From NCBI GenBank assembly GCA_964388035.1, contig CAYLZE010000019.1, positions 1 to 60,529 on the forward strand: DNA of 60,529 bases. The letters run 5' to 3'. Shown here one piece after another: positions 1-9,845 of the stretch. Each line of letters opens with the position of its first letter. Within the stretch, counting starts at the first letter, position 1. The translations under genes and the position numbers were made by a program. This stretch comes from an uncultured archaeon (GTDB taxonomy: Archaea; Asgardarchaeota; Lokiarchaeia; Sigyniarchaeales; SOKP01). The notes beneath the pieces were generated by a model. That model made no database searches. It was not told where the DNA came from and saw only the letters and a program-made list of their open reading frames with translations.

Positions 1-538
1 CTTGAAAATTTAAATTATTTGAAAAAACTTCTTCAAAATGTTTTGGAGGGGAGGAACTCTTATAATACCAATCAATTAAATTTAAATGGGAAAAAAACTG
101 GGCTGAAGGGTCGAGCTCCATCCCGAACATGCTATTTTCAATAATATCCATTTTTATTTCACAAAAATCTCGTTCGGGTTCAATAATCTTTCTGATCTTA
201 AAAAGAAGTTCTGCGCAAGAGCGTAGAAATCTTCCCGAACCAGAAGCAGGATCAAGGATCTTAATAGATTGGAGCTTGTCAAGGACATTACTTTTAAATT
301 TAAGATCATCCCTAATTAATTTCTCAAAAGACTGGGCATATGCATTACTCGGAAATGAATGGGATGTTTCAGGTAAATTAAGGATATAGTTCAATATAGC
401 ATTTTTTACCATGAAATCCGTAAGAAAATGGGGGGTGTATGCAACCCCTGCATGGTTAATCCCTTCTTGTTCATTCTCAAACTTTGCTATAAAACGAGAA
501 ATAATGGATCGTCCGCGTTCAAGGGTATCTAAGCGCAT
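1..538 (-). CDS. N6-adenine DNA methyltransferase (Eco57I/N-6 type), 5' part; runs off the window edge
   Basis: Not in the ORF track. Hand translation from the ATG at 538 gives MRLDTLERG...GVAYTPHFLTDFMV...KILDPASGSGRFL...MFGMELD, i.e. motif X (YTP) and SAM-binding motif I (DPASGSG). Confidence 0.85.
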   Translation of the reverse strand, partial: MRLDTLERGRSIISRFIAKFENEQEGINHAGVAYTPHFLTDFMVKNAILNYILNLPETSHSFPSNAYAQSFEKLIRDDLKFKSNVLDKLQSIKILDPASGSGRFLRSCAELLFKIRKIIEPERDFCEIKMDIIENSMFGMELDPSAQFFSHLNLIDWYYKSSSPPKHFEEVFSNNLNFQ

Positions 539-687
539 TAATGAAAAGCAAAAGTCTAATTATACTTTTTTATTCTTGTATTAGTGATATTTCCTTAATA
601 ATATGAGTTTTTTGAAAATTGTTGATAGATTAATAGAAATGTAATAATATAATGTAAATACAAAAAACAAAATGGTAGTGATAACCA

Positions 688-1593
688 ATGGACAAATCGT
701 TTTTAGAAAAATTAATAGCGCAACCAGAAAAGATCACGCAGTTAAGGTACGATGATATTTCCCTCATTTTAATGGAATCTAAAAGCAGATTTCAAGAGGA
801 AAATTTAGTTATTGAATACCAGCCAGAAAAAGAAGAGGATTTAACTCTGGTTATAGGGGATATTCATGGAAATTTAACCTCCTTGATGAATTTCATTGCT
901 ATTATTAAAAATGAAAACCCTAACAAAGTTATTTTTTTAGGAGATCTTGTAGATAGGGGTGCCAGGCAATTGGAGTGCTTAATCGTGGTGCTCTGTTTAA
1001 AAATACTTTATCCTAAAAAATATATTCTTTTAAAAGGGAATCATGAGACGCTGGAAATGAATAAAGCTTATGGGTTTTTTGATGATTTTCATTACAGATT
1101 TGGCAAGGCAGGAGATTATGGAGAAATTTTGTCCTTATATCAACAACTTCCTATCTGTGCGATCATTAGTAAGAAAATAGCTTGCATTCACGGAGGAATC
1201 CCAGAGGATATTAGCTTACTTAAAGAGTTGAAAGGACTAAGAGCTACGGATCTCATTCAATCTCATGATAAAACACTAGAAGAAGGAATTTATCAAATCC
1301 TGTGGAATGATCCAAAAGAAGGTTTAACCGGATTCATGGGGAGTTATCGTGGACCCGGAATAAAATTTTTTGGAGAGGATGTTTTTGAAGCGTTTTTACA
1401 AGAGAATGAATTAGAATATGCAATACGAGGTCACGAATGTTATGAAGGGCTAGGATACAAGTGGTTTTTCAATGAACGCCTTCTTTCTATATTTTCATCC
1501 GAAGATTATAGAGGAGATTATTTCCCTAATCCAGCGGGATATGCACTGATTAAGAACAATCGAATCCATCCCAAAGAATTTACAACTTCATGA
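688..1593 (+). CDS. PPP-family Ser/Thr protein phosphatase (metallophosphoesterase)
   Basis: GDIHG, GDLVDRG, GNHE, HGG, LWNDP and RGHE motifs. Confidence 0.92.
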   Translation: MDKSFLEKLIAQPEKITQLRYDDISLILMESKSRFQEENLVIEYQPEKEEDLTLVIGDIHGNLTSLMNFIAIIKNENPNKVIFLGDLVDRGARQLECLIVVLCLKILYPKKYILLKGNHETLEMNKAYGFFDDFHYRFGKAGDYGEILSLYQQLPICAIISKKIACIHGGIPEDISLLKELKGLRATDLIQSHDKTLEEGIYQILWNDPKEGLTGFMGSYRGPGIKFFGEDVFEAFLQENELEYAIRGHECYEGLGYKWFFNERLLSIFSSEDYRGDYFPNPAGYALIKNNRIHPKEFTTS

Positions 1594-2016
1594 AATTAAT
1601 TCAGGAAATTTAGCTACAATTTCGGGTTTTTTTTTAATTTCTTCTTTCCATCGATCTTCCGGATCCATGGACGGACTCAATCCTTGCCTTTCAATAGTCT
1701 GTCGCGTTGGTATGTAGATATAAGCTCTTTTTGATTCACCGCTCTTTACTATGATTGGGATTAAAACTCGTTCATACAATCCCGCTTCTACTCCCTCATA
1801 ATAATCCAATTGTTTCAGTTGTGGTTCATTTGCATCAAATTTCAATGCCCAAAAACTCGCTCCTTCTTTTGGCAAGACATAAGGAAACCAATTACCTTTT
1901 GGGAAGATTCTGGCATGGTTTTTTACTAAACATGGCTCCACATTCTTCATTTCCTTCCATAATTCTCGAGTGATAAAGGTCCCATATCCCACCACCGAAA
2001 TTAAATCATCCGTCAT
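1588..2016 (-). CDS. Gamma-glutamylcyclotransferase (GGCT/AIG2-like)
   Basis: N-terminal VGYGT, LDYYEG...LYER, AYIY. Confidence 0.8.
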   Translation of the reverse strand: MTDDLISVVGYGTFITRELWKEMKNVEPCLVKNHARIFPKGNWFPYVLPKEGASFWALKFDANEPQLKQLDYYEGVEAGLYERVLIPIIVKSGESKRAYIYIPTRQTIERQGLSPSMDPEDRWKEEIKKKPEIVAKFPELIS

Positions 2017-2171
2017 GTTTTCTCGCTCCTATTCTATTTTACTTCATGAGTTTAATGATTATTTCCCATTTTTTCTTAAAAGCTAAAATTAATCCATTCT
2101 TTTAAAATCTGGTTATTATTATTATCATAATAACAAGAAGAATATTTTCAATGTAATGCTTAATTAATCAC

Positions 2172-4145
2172 ATGAATTCAGTCAATAATTCTCAACTTGA
2201 AGAAAACGGTATAAGCCAAGTATTTACTCCACATTATGTCGCTGAATTCATGGTAAACGAGTGCAAGAAATACCTAATTCTGAGCAAGAGAAAAGAAAAT
2301 TTAAATTTTCATCAATTTAAAATCTTAGAAACTTCTGTAGGAAGAGGAGCATTTCTAAAACCCCTTTTAGAGCAAGGCTTTAAGAAAATTGTAGCATATG
2401 AATTGGATAAACAGTTAAAACCTTTTTTATTGAAAGAATTTCCCGAGGTAAATCTTAGATTTGAAAATGTTTTAGGTTCAGATTTGGAGGAGAAATACGA
2501 TTTAATTGTCGGTAATCCCCCCTATCTTGGACAAAATTATAATGCAAAATTGTTTCAAACTTATGTTCAATCCTACCCGATTTGTCAAAAATATTTTGTA
2601 GGTAACATGGATTTGTTGTATTTTTTCATTCATTTAGGAATAGAAAAATTGAATCCGGGGGGAATCCTCTCTTTAATCACGACTAATTATTGGATTAAGA
2701 AATCCAAGCACACGGGCATTAAACTCCTAAAACCCCATATCATGGAAGAATGTTTTTTCCTCGAATACGTGGATTTATCTAATCTTACCATCTTTAAACA
2801 TGCTAAAGGACAACATAATTGCATTTTTTTTCTTCAAAAGAAAGCCCCCGAGGATAAACGGCTCCAATTAAATAAGAAAATACAAGTTATACAGGTAAAA
2901 AAGAATCAGTCATCTTCAATCTCCGAGGAAGATTATAGTAAGGAAACATTTCGGGCTTTACAAATGAAGAAGGAAGCAGAAAATGTCGTTCGGTACGAAT
3001 CAGGATTGACAAATAATGATTTACAAACAGATGCAGTTTGGAACCTGACATACCCCCAAGAAGTGAAGGAAATCCTTGAAAAAATCGAGAAGAAATGCAT
3101 CAGAAACGGGAGGCTAACCTTATTAAAAGACTTCTTCATTATTCGCAACGGGTTGATTTTTACAAAAGATGATCTTTTCATATTAAAAGAAAACGATAAT
3201 CTTAAAATAGAAAATGATGAATTTTTTGTTAAAGTAAATGGGGGATTCATTCAACTTTCGGATCGTGAAAAGGAACGATTGAAAAAGATTTATAAAAGCA
3301 AAGCTATTAAACCCTTTACCTATCAGCAGAATGAACATGAAGGGCATGCTATATTTTTTGATAAATTTGAAGTTGTGCCTTCGAATTTCCAGGAAAAGAA
3401 CGAATTTTTTAGGAAAAATTATCCTCATTTAACGGCATATCTTGAGCAATTTCAACAAGAATTGGAAAGTATTTTAATTAATGCCAAGGAAAATCCCAAG
3501 GACATTTATTTTCCACGAAGAGGTTCGCATGTAAGAAAGATATATGGACCTGGGCAAAATAAATTAGTTGGATTGGAACGTCTTTATGAAAGAGGACAGA
3601 AAATTTTCATCCGATACATTACAAATGAAAATGTATTTGGGTATTCGCAATATCCTTATTATGCAACTTCCGATACATATTTTCTTTGGCCAAAGATACC
3701 GGAATCCGAGATAGATTACCCTCTTATTTTAGCATATCTTAACTCGAAACTCATGTATTTCATATTTAAAGCAAAAAATATCACCATTAAACGGAGCAAG
3801 TCTAAATTGGAACAAGAGCTTCCCATCATCAATCCTGAAAATTTTAATTTACCAGAGCAGAAGCAAATATTATCCATAATTAGACAATTATCAAATTTAA
3901 TTCTTGATGAAAATTATTCGATCTCTGAAACGCAAGTAAATCGAATAAAAGTAAGGGTCATGAGATTAATAAATTGCGATGAGAGGAAGAAAAAATATGA
4001 TTTCGCCATGGAAAATGAAATTGCATCCTCAATAAAAATGCGAAATGTATCCTTACTTAAACATTACATGGATTCTCTATTTTTTGCCTTGTTAGATATG
4101 GAAGAAAGGAATGTAACTCAGCTTCTCTTGGAATATTATGAGTAA
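2172..4145 (+). CDS. Eco57I/TaqI-like N6-adenine DNA methyltransferase with C-terminal target-recognition region
   Basis: VFTP, ETSVGRGAF (motif I), YELD, VGNPPY (motif IV), DLLYFF, LAYLNS. Confidence 0.88.
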   Translation: MNSVNNSQLEENGISQVFTPHYVAEFMVNECKKYLILSKRKENLNFHQFKILETSVGRGAFLKPLLEQGFKKIVAYELDKQLKPFLLKEFPEVNLRFENVLGSDLEEKYDLIVGNPPYLGQNYNAKLFQTYVQSYPICQKYFVGNMDLLYFFIHLGIEKLNPGGILSLITTNYWIKKSKHTGIKLLKPHIMEECFFLEYVDLSNLTIFKHAKGQHNCIFFLQKKAPEDKRLQLNKKIQVIQVKKNQSSSISEEDYSKETFRALQMKKEAENVVRYESGLTNNDLQTDAVWNLTYPQEVKEILEKIEKKCIRNGRLTLLKDFFIIRNGLIFTKDDLFILKENDNLKIENDEFFVKVNGGFIQLSDREKERLKKIYKSKAIKPFTYQQNEHEGHAIFFDKFEVVPSNFQEKNEFFRKNYPHLTAYLEQFQQELESILINAKENPKDIYFPRRGSHVRKIYGPGQNKLVGLERLYERGQKIFIRYITNENVFGYSQYPYYATSDTYFLWPKIPESEIDYPLILAYLNSKLMYFIFKAKNITIKRSKSKLEQELPIINPENFNLPEQKQILSIIRQLSNLILDENYSISETQVNRIKVRVMRLINCDERKKKYDFAMENEIASSIKMRNVSLLKHYMDSLFFALLDMEERNVTQLLLEYYE

Positions 4146-4184
4146 AAATTAAGAAAATAAAAAGACATGAAGTTAATTATCGAA

Positions 4185-5420
4185 TTAATTAGATTTTACG
4201 ATATATTTTTGATAAAGAATGATACCAATACCAATGAATAGAAAAATGTAGAGTATCAGCCCTATCACTTGGAAAATGTCAATAGCACCACCAGTAAGTA
4301 GCGTACTAAACGTGATGGTATTACAATAGGTAAATGGAATTAAATTTACGATGGTTTCCAAGAGACCTCCATACATTTCTACCCCTATAAACCCTCCACA
4401 TAAGAATAACAAGCCAATAACTAAAAATGCAGATACGGGAATGGTAAATACTTGTTCGGGGATGATTATGCCTATGAGAGAGCCCATAGCGGCGCCCAAG
4501 GACAAAGTGCCGATGGATATTAAAAGAAACCCCAGAAGATCTGCCGGGAAGGGAAGCCCAATCCATAGAAATACAATCAAGGTTCCTAATATGAAATCTA
4601 CTAGAAAAGAGAGAATTAATGCAGAGATTATTTTGCCCAAATAGGTGTAATTTTGATTAGACTTGGAGGCTAAGGCAAGTTCTGGTCGCATGTTATCATT
4701 TTTTTCGTTGAAAATGAAAGCAGCGGATAATATCATGGACGAAATCAAGGACAAGAATACTATCGCTCCCGACCCTATCGTCCAAATCCGAGGTAATGTG
4801 GGTCTATTCGGATGAGCATCCTTGTATATATAAGTAACCTCTACTTGCCCATTCAAAACATTATCATAATACGCTTTCAGCTTTCTTTCAAAACAGAAAT
4901 AAATGTTCTTTAAATAATCTTCATTCACGTTTAAGCATTGTAACTCGATTATTATTTCTCCACCGTTCCAAGACCCTTTCTTCACCACTTTAATGATATG
5001 TTCGAAATTCTTGGGCAATATTACCACTAGAGAAATATCTTGTTGGCGCAATTCATCTATAAACTGTTCTTGGGAAGTCCCTATATATTCAATATGGCTT
5101 TTAACTATAGTTGGTCCAACTAAATCATTATCATTTAGATAATTTAGAAATTCTTGAGTATTTGGTAAGCTATTTGTCTCCAAAGCTTGATTAAGGTCTT
5201 CATCCGTTTTAAAATCAGGTATTACTATTGCCATTCCATAATTCATATTAGGCGTAGTAAACACCAAAGACATGAAAAATAAATAAATTAAGGGAAATAC
5301 TAACGTCAAGAGTAGTATGACTCTCGATTCTCCTCTTAAGACGATGCGGATGTTTTTTTTGATTTCCGTGCCTATTAATCTAAGTGCGTTTTTATTACTC
5401 TTTTTTTCCTTGCTTTTCAT
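4185..5420 (-). CDS. ABC-2 type exporter permease
   Basis: N-terminal TM, extracellular loop, several C-terminal TMs. Start moved to the ATG at 5420, which overlaps the upstream stop (ATGA). Confidence 0.85.
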   Translation of the reverse strand: MKSKEKKSNKNALRLIGTEIKKNIRIVLRGESRVILLLTLVFPLIYLFFMSLVFTTPNMNYGMAIVIPDFKTDEDLNQALETNSLPNTQEFLNYLNDNDLVGPTIVKSHIEYIGTSQEQFIDELRQQDISLVVILPKNFEHIIKVVKKGSWNGGEIIIELQCLNVNEDYLKNIYFCFERKLKAYYDNVLNGQVEVTYIYKDAHPNRPTLPRIWTIGSGAIVFLSLISSMILSAAFIFNEKNDNMRPELALASKSNQNYTYLGKIISALILSFLVDFILGTLIVFLWIGLPFPADLLGFLLISIGTLSLGAAMGSLIGIIIPEQVFTIPVSAFLVIGLLFLCGGFIGVEMYGGLLETIVNLIPFTYCNTITFSTLLTGGAIDIFQVIGLILYIFLFIGIGIILYQKYIVKSN

Positions 5421-6613
5421 TCTCTGAATCCCTCCCTTGAAATGAAGTACCACATTAATATCGTTAATGGAATAGCAATCATTGTTAATATCGCTAATCG
5501 TAACAAGCTATATTCTAACGAGGGTAAAAAAGTTTCGGCAAAAAGGATTTCCATCCAATACGTGCCCGGAAAAAATCTGGAAGCAATGTACATGTTTGGA
5601 CCTAATATCTTAATCGGTGCAAATCCTCCCATGAAAAAGAACATCAATATGGAACTTACAATACTAATTAAAGTAACGGACATAATATTTTTAATTTTCA
5701 ATCCGATAAGTCCACCGATACAAGCATGCAACCAAGTGGAAATAATAAATGCACAAGCCACAATTAAAAGATTTCCTCGGAACTCGATATTGAAGCTAAT
5801 AAATATTATAGACCCAATTACTCCTACTACGATTAGCCCCAGAATAATGGCAATTATTTGCTTCGACGCGATATAAGCCGTACGCTTTACAGGACTCATT
5901 GCAATCTCAATGATGGTCAAATCTTCGTATTCTTTCGTAACATTCAAAGACCCATAAAGCAAGCCACATACTACACCGTAAATCCCTAAAATTCCAATGG
6001 CAAACCCTTTTAAATTACTAATTTGTTGATCAATTACATATGTTTTTTTTGCCACCAATTCTGCCTTGTTACCATTTCTATGAGCAACACTCGTTTTTTG
6101 ATTAAATTCTAAAACGGCCTCATCCATTCTTTGGATATAATTTTTTACGTAATCATTATTAACATTTTGTACTTCTAAAATTAACGTCCCTTTTATTCGG
6201 AAATTTCTTGATGTAATATTCTTCTGAAAGCCCTCAGGAATGTAAATTAATCCCATTATTTCGTAATTTAGTAATTTTATTTGGGCAGATTCATAGCTAT
6301 CCATTATATACACGGTAAACCATGGTGCAAATTCACTCGAAATGTTTTCAATACACTCCGTCATTAATTCAGAATAATGGGATTTATCATCATCAACTAA
6401 CATGACGTTATAGGTTTCGGGATTATCAGATTCAAGAACAGAACTAAAAACCACGAGCAAGATTAGCGGTGGGATGACTGCCGCAAAAAAATATTTTTTA
6501 ACGCGCTTGGTTGAGAGGAGATCCTTCTTTAAAATTGTTAATAAATCTCGAAACCATTTTTTCTTGGAAGAAAAGCGATAAGATTTGGATCTCCCATCCT
6601 TTTCGTGTTCCAT
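5417..6613 (-). CDS. ABC-2 type exporter permease
   Basis: Same topology; KEYEDLTI...SPV signature; translationally coupled to both neighbours. Confidence 0.88.
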   Translation of the reverse strand: MEHEKDGRSKSYRFSSKKKWFRDLLTILKKDLLSTKRVKKYFFAAVIPPLILLVVFSSVLESDNPETYNVMLVDDDKSHYSELMTECIENISSEFAPWFTVYIMDSYESAQIKLLNYEIMGLIYIPEGFQKNITSRNFRIKGTLILEVQNVNNDYVKNYIQRMDEAVLEFNQKTSVAHRNGNKAELVAKKTYVIDQQISNLKGFAIGILGIYGVVCGLLYGSLNVTKEYEDLTIIEIAMSPVKRTAYIASKQIIAIILGLIVVGVIGSIIFISFNIEFRGNLLIVACAFIISTWLHACIGGLIGLKIKNIMSVTLISIVSSILMFFFMGGFAPIKILGPNMYIASRFFPGTYWMEILFAETFLPSLEYSLLRLAILTMIAIPLTILMWYFISREGFRE

Positions 6614-7626
6614 TATTCTCTGAACTCCTTACCGGTTAATTTAAGAAATACATCTTCTAAAGTAGATTTTTTTAGCGTGAATTCTTCGATACTAATGTTG
6701 CTTTTTCGGGCATGAGCTAAAAATTGTTCCAAAATATCTTGGAGGTTCTTAGATTGAAAGGTAATGCGGAAAAGGGATTCTTCTTCACTAATTTGCTTCT
6801 CTTCGTGGAAGTTTTCAATTAATTCCATGGGTAACAAAGTAGATAATGTACTGGAATCGAGGGAATCTTTTTTAGCTTTAAATTCAAAAATTGTCTCGGG
6901 AAAATAACGTTCTTGAATTTTCTGCAAGCGATCTGGACCCGCTACCATTTTAGTATCTATTATTATAATGCGGTCCGCTAATTTTTCAGCTTCTTCCATG
7001 TAATTGGTAGTTAATATGATCGTCATCCCTTTTTGAGCTAATTCCATGATATAGTCATGGATAGCTTTCCGGCTTTGAACATCGATTCCCAGGGTGGGCT
7101 CGTCCAAAATCAAGATTTGAGGGGCATGGAGCATTGCTCGAACTAATTGTAATCTTCGCATCATTCCTCCAGAATATGTTCTAACCAGATCATCTTGACG
7201 ATTTTTTAATCCAGCAATGGTTAGCATATGATCCACTTTTTCTCCGAGATCATTTTTATAAATACCATACAATCTCCCGTGAAATTCAAGGTTCTCTCGT
7301 CCCGTGAGCTCGCGATATAATGCTATTTCCTGTGATACTAATCCAAAATCACCTAATAATACTTTTCTATCTTTAACCGGGTCTTTACCCTCGATCAAGA
7401 TTGTACCACCGGTAGGTTTAATTTGTCCCGTCAGTAATTTAACAAATGTGGATTTTCCCGCCCCGTTCGGTCCCACTAGACAGAAAATCTCCCCTTTATG
7501 AATATCAAAGGAAAATTGGTCTAAAGCAACAATATTCTCGTATTTCTTAGTAAGCTCTCTAACACTGATGATGGTTTGGTTGGATTTCTGCTTTGTTTTA
7601 TTTTCGGAATCAGGCAATTTTATCAT
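6613..7626 (-). CDS. ABC exporter ATP-binding subunit (DrrA-like)
   Basis: GPNGAGKS, YSGGM, LILDEPT, C-terminal LEDVFLKLTG. Confidence 0.95.
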   Translation of the reverse strand: MIKLPDSENKTKQKSNQTIISVRELTKKYENIVALDQFSFDIHKGEIFCLVGPNGAGKSTFVKLLTGQIKPTGGTILIEGKDPVKDRKVLLGDFGLVSQEIALYRELTGRENLEFHGRLYGIYKNDLGEKVDHMLTIAGLKNRQDDLVRTYSGGMMRRLQLVRAMLHAPQILILDEPTLGIDVQSRKAIHDYIMELAQKGMTIILTTNYMEEAEKLADRIIIIDTKMVAGPDRLQKIQERYFPETIFEFKAKKDSLDSSTLSTLLPMELIENFHEEKQISEEESLFRITFQSKNLQDILEQFLAHARKSNISIEEFTLKKSTLEDVFLKLTGKEFRE

Positions 7627-7696
7627 TTTTGCATCATTTTCTTGTTGTATAATTCATTTATTTGATAATACACAAATTTAATTTTTAGTAAATTAT

Positions 7697-7712
7697 TACT
7701 ACTTTAGTAGTA
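7697..7712. promoter_or_regulatory. Palindromic operator TACTAC-TTTA-GTAGTA between the divergent ABC operon and the TrmB gene
   Basis: Perfect 6-bp inverted repeat just upstream of the TATA-like TTATATAAA; resembles TACT..AGTA TrmB-type sites. Confidence 0.55.
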
Positions 7713-7757
7713 TAATTACCATTATATAAATTTAATCAGCCTTTATTGTAAAAGACC

Positions 7758-8612
7758 ATGCACGATTTAGAAGAGTTATTGGATCAGCTGGGATTTAAAA
7801 GATATGAAATACAATGCCTTAGTACATTACTTAAATATAAATTCTTGAATGCAAGAGAAGCTTACAAGTACAGTGGAGTTCCCCAACCGAAAATATATGA
7901 AACCATGAATGATTTAAAAGAAAAAGGATTGATTGATATTGACGTTTCCAAAAAAATAAAAATCTATCGAATCAAGCCAAAATATATCATCATGAATTAT
8001 ATCGAAAGCGAAGTCAAAAAAATTAATGAATTAGGTAAAGAAAGCAAAAACCTTATTGATAATTTATATGGATCCGAAGAATCCGAAGAGATTTCTTTTA
8101 TTGGTGTTGCGGGAATGGAAAAGGTATTAGAATTCATGTATTCTGAAATAGATGCGGCCGAAAAATCCATATACATGTTTTATTCTCCTTCCCATTTCAA
8201 CCAAAAAATAATTACTCTTTTAAAAAAAAAGAAAAGCCAGAATGTCGATGTTAAACTCTTTTTTCATAAGGAAGAAGATATCTCATCTTTAAAAAATCAA
8301 TTGTCAAAAAATATAGAAATCAAAAAAATGAGAAATTCCATCAGTAAACCCCTACAAATGCTTTTTACAATGGTTGAAAAATTCTTGACAAAGGAACAAA
8401 GTAATAGTGAAATATTCGATGTCATTAAAAAAATAGGTTCAGATATTAGCGAAATTTTTGGAATCCTCCTTATAGATGAAAAAAAAAGTCTTTTTCGCAT
8501 CCCATTGCCCATTGAAACTCCCATGGTAATTTTATCCACCCTTCCCGAAATTGTAGAGTTCCATTTGGAGGGGATTCGAAAGATAATGGAAAATTCAGAA
8601 GTTGTCCACTAG
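7758..8612 (+). CDS. TrmB-family transcriptional regulator
   Basis: LGFKRYE...SGVPQPKIYETMNDLKEKGLI winged HTH plus PLD-like effector region. Confidence 0.9.
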   Translation: MHDLEELLDQLGFKRYEIQCLSTLLKYKFLNAREAYKYSGVPQPKIYETMNDLKEKGLIDIDVSKKIKIYRIKPKYIIMNYIESEVKKINELGKESKNLIDNLYGSEESEEISFIGVAGMEKVLEFMYSEIDAAEKSIYMFYSPSHFNQKIITLLKKKKSQNVDVKLFFHKEEDISSLKNQLSKNIEIKKMRNSISKPLQMLFTMVEKFLTKEQSNSEIFDVIKKIGSDISEIFGILLIDEKKSLFRIPLPIETPMVILSTLPEIVEFHLEGIRKIMENSEVVH

Positions 8613-8760
8613 CCATTCAAGGTTAGAAAATTTAAGGCTCTTGCATTTTTAAAATTTATTCCTTCAACATTAACCTTTTTTTAAATCAATGATTTTAACT
8701 ATAAACTCTTAGAGGTGTGTAATCGTAACCGTTTCTCTCCCGTTTCCCGAATATGATGAC

Positions 8761-9792
8761 GTGGGAAGTTTTCCCTTACCGACTTACATTGATAAAGAAG
8801 CATTCAATAAGTTTTATTGGATCGCGTATGATGCAATTCTAAATAAATCCGATATTTATCAAAATAGAGGGATTTATAATTTTTATGTCCATCCCCTTCT
8901 CCAGTCCTTTCAGCAAAAAATCAACGCGGGAGTGGAAATAATTAACTTTCCTCAGCACATGAACATGTATACTCAATTTTTAAAACCCATCAATGATCAT
9001 GAACTGCAACCCAATTTAATCGATCCCCAAAAAGCAATAATTACGGAAATGGTCATTTTAGAGCATTTTGCAAAGGAATTTTATGAAAGGACTCAAAATG
9101 TACTAAGAGTGAAGGTATGCATCACCGGACCCATCGAATTATACGTTAAAAAACAAGGATTCACGTTATATAAGGATTTAGCTCTTAATTTTTCAAAATC
9201 TATCAATTCCTTCTTGAAAAATTCGATAATAAATAACAAGTATATGAAAACGGAAATAATCTCCATTGATGAGCCTTCTTTGGGCTATATAGATATTTTT
9301 GGCATATCAGATGATGATCTAATAACTATCTATGACAAATCCCTGGAGCAAATCGACTCAATTAATGAAATTCATTTACATTCTCTCAATCGTGCGGATT
9401 TGGCGTTAAAATCAAAAAATATCGATGTCTTGACTTGTGAATATGCGTCAGATAATAAAAATGAAATTCCTAAAAAAGAGTTAGAATCTCACGATAAATA
9501 TATCCGAGTAGGAATAACTCGAACCAACATAGATTCCATCATTGCAGAAGCTTTAGATTCCGGAATCTCCTACGAAGAAATCAGGACTTTTGAGGGCGCC
9601 ATGAGCTTGATTGACTCGAAAGAATTTATTAAGAAAAATCTTTTACATGCCATGGCTCATTACGGGGATAGATTAAAGTATGTTGGTCCGGATTGCGGAT
9701 TATCAGGATGGCCATTCCCCCAAGTGGCTCACGAATTATTACATCGAACGTATGAAGTGATTCAAGAAGTAAAACGGGAACAATCTGCATGA
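8761..9792 (+). CDS. Cobalamin-independent methionine synthase-like protein (MetE catalytic domain, archaeal type); true start probably upstream
   Basis: (DD)VGSFP, CITGP, SIDEP, IHLH, GPDCGL; the frame is open upstream to 8713. Confidence 0.78.
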   Translation: MGSFPLPTYIDKEAFNKFYWIAYDAILNKSDIYQNRGIYNFYVHPLLQSFQQKINAGVEIINFPQHMNMYTQFLKPINDHELQPNLIDPQKAIITEMVILEHFAKEFYERTQNVLRVKVCITGPIELYVKKQGFTLYKDLALNFSKSINSFLKNSIINNKYMKTEIISIDEPSLGYIDIFGISDDDLITIYDKSLEQIDSINEIHLHSLNRADLALKSKNIDVLTCEYASDNKNEIPKKELESHDKYIRVGITRTNIDSIIAEALDSGISYEEIRTFEGAMSLIDSKEFIKKNLLHAMAHYGDRLKYVGPDCGLSGWPFPQVAHELLHRTYEVIQEVKREQSA

Positions 9793-9845
9793 TTTAAGCG
9801 TATTTAAAAAATAAAGAATAAAGGAGGGAAGAGAATTCTAATTTC

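Noticed and set aside
129-389. 86-aa plus-strand ORF and the many similar short antisense ORFs (e.g. 2933-3250, 13583-14020, 58056-58742)
   Set aside because: They are shadows of well-supported genes on the opposite strand or in another frame.
5417-6625. ABC ATPase and first permease both end in FRE (TTCAGAGAAT at both junctions)
   Set aside because: Only 10 bp; could be chance or a translational-coupling constraint.
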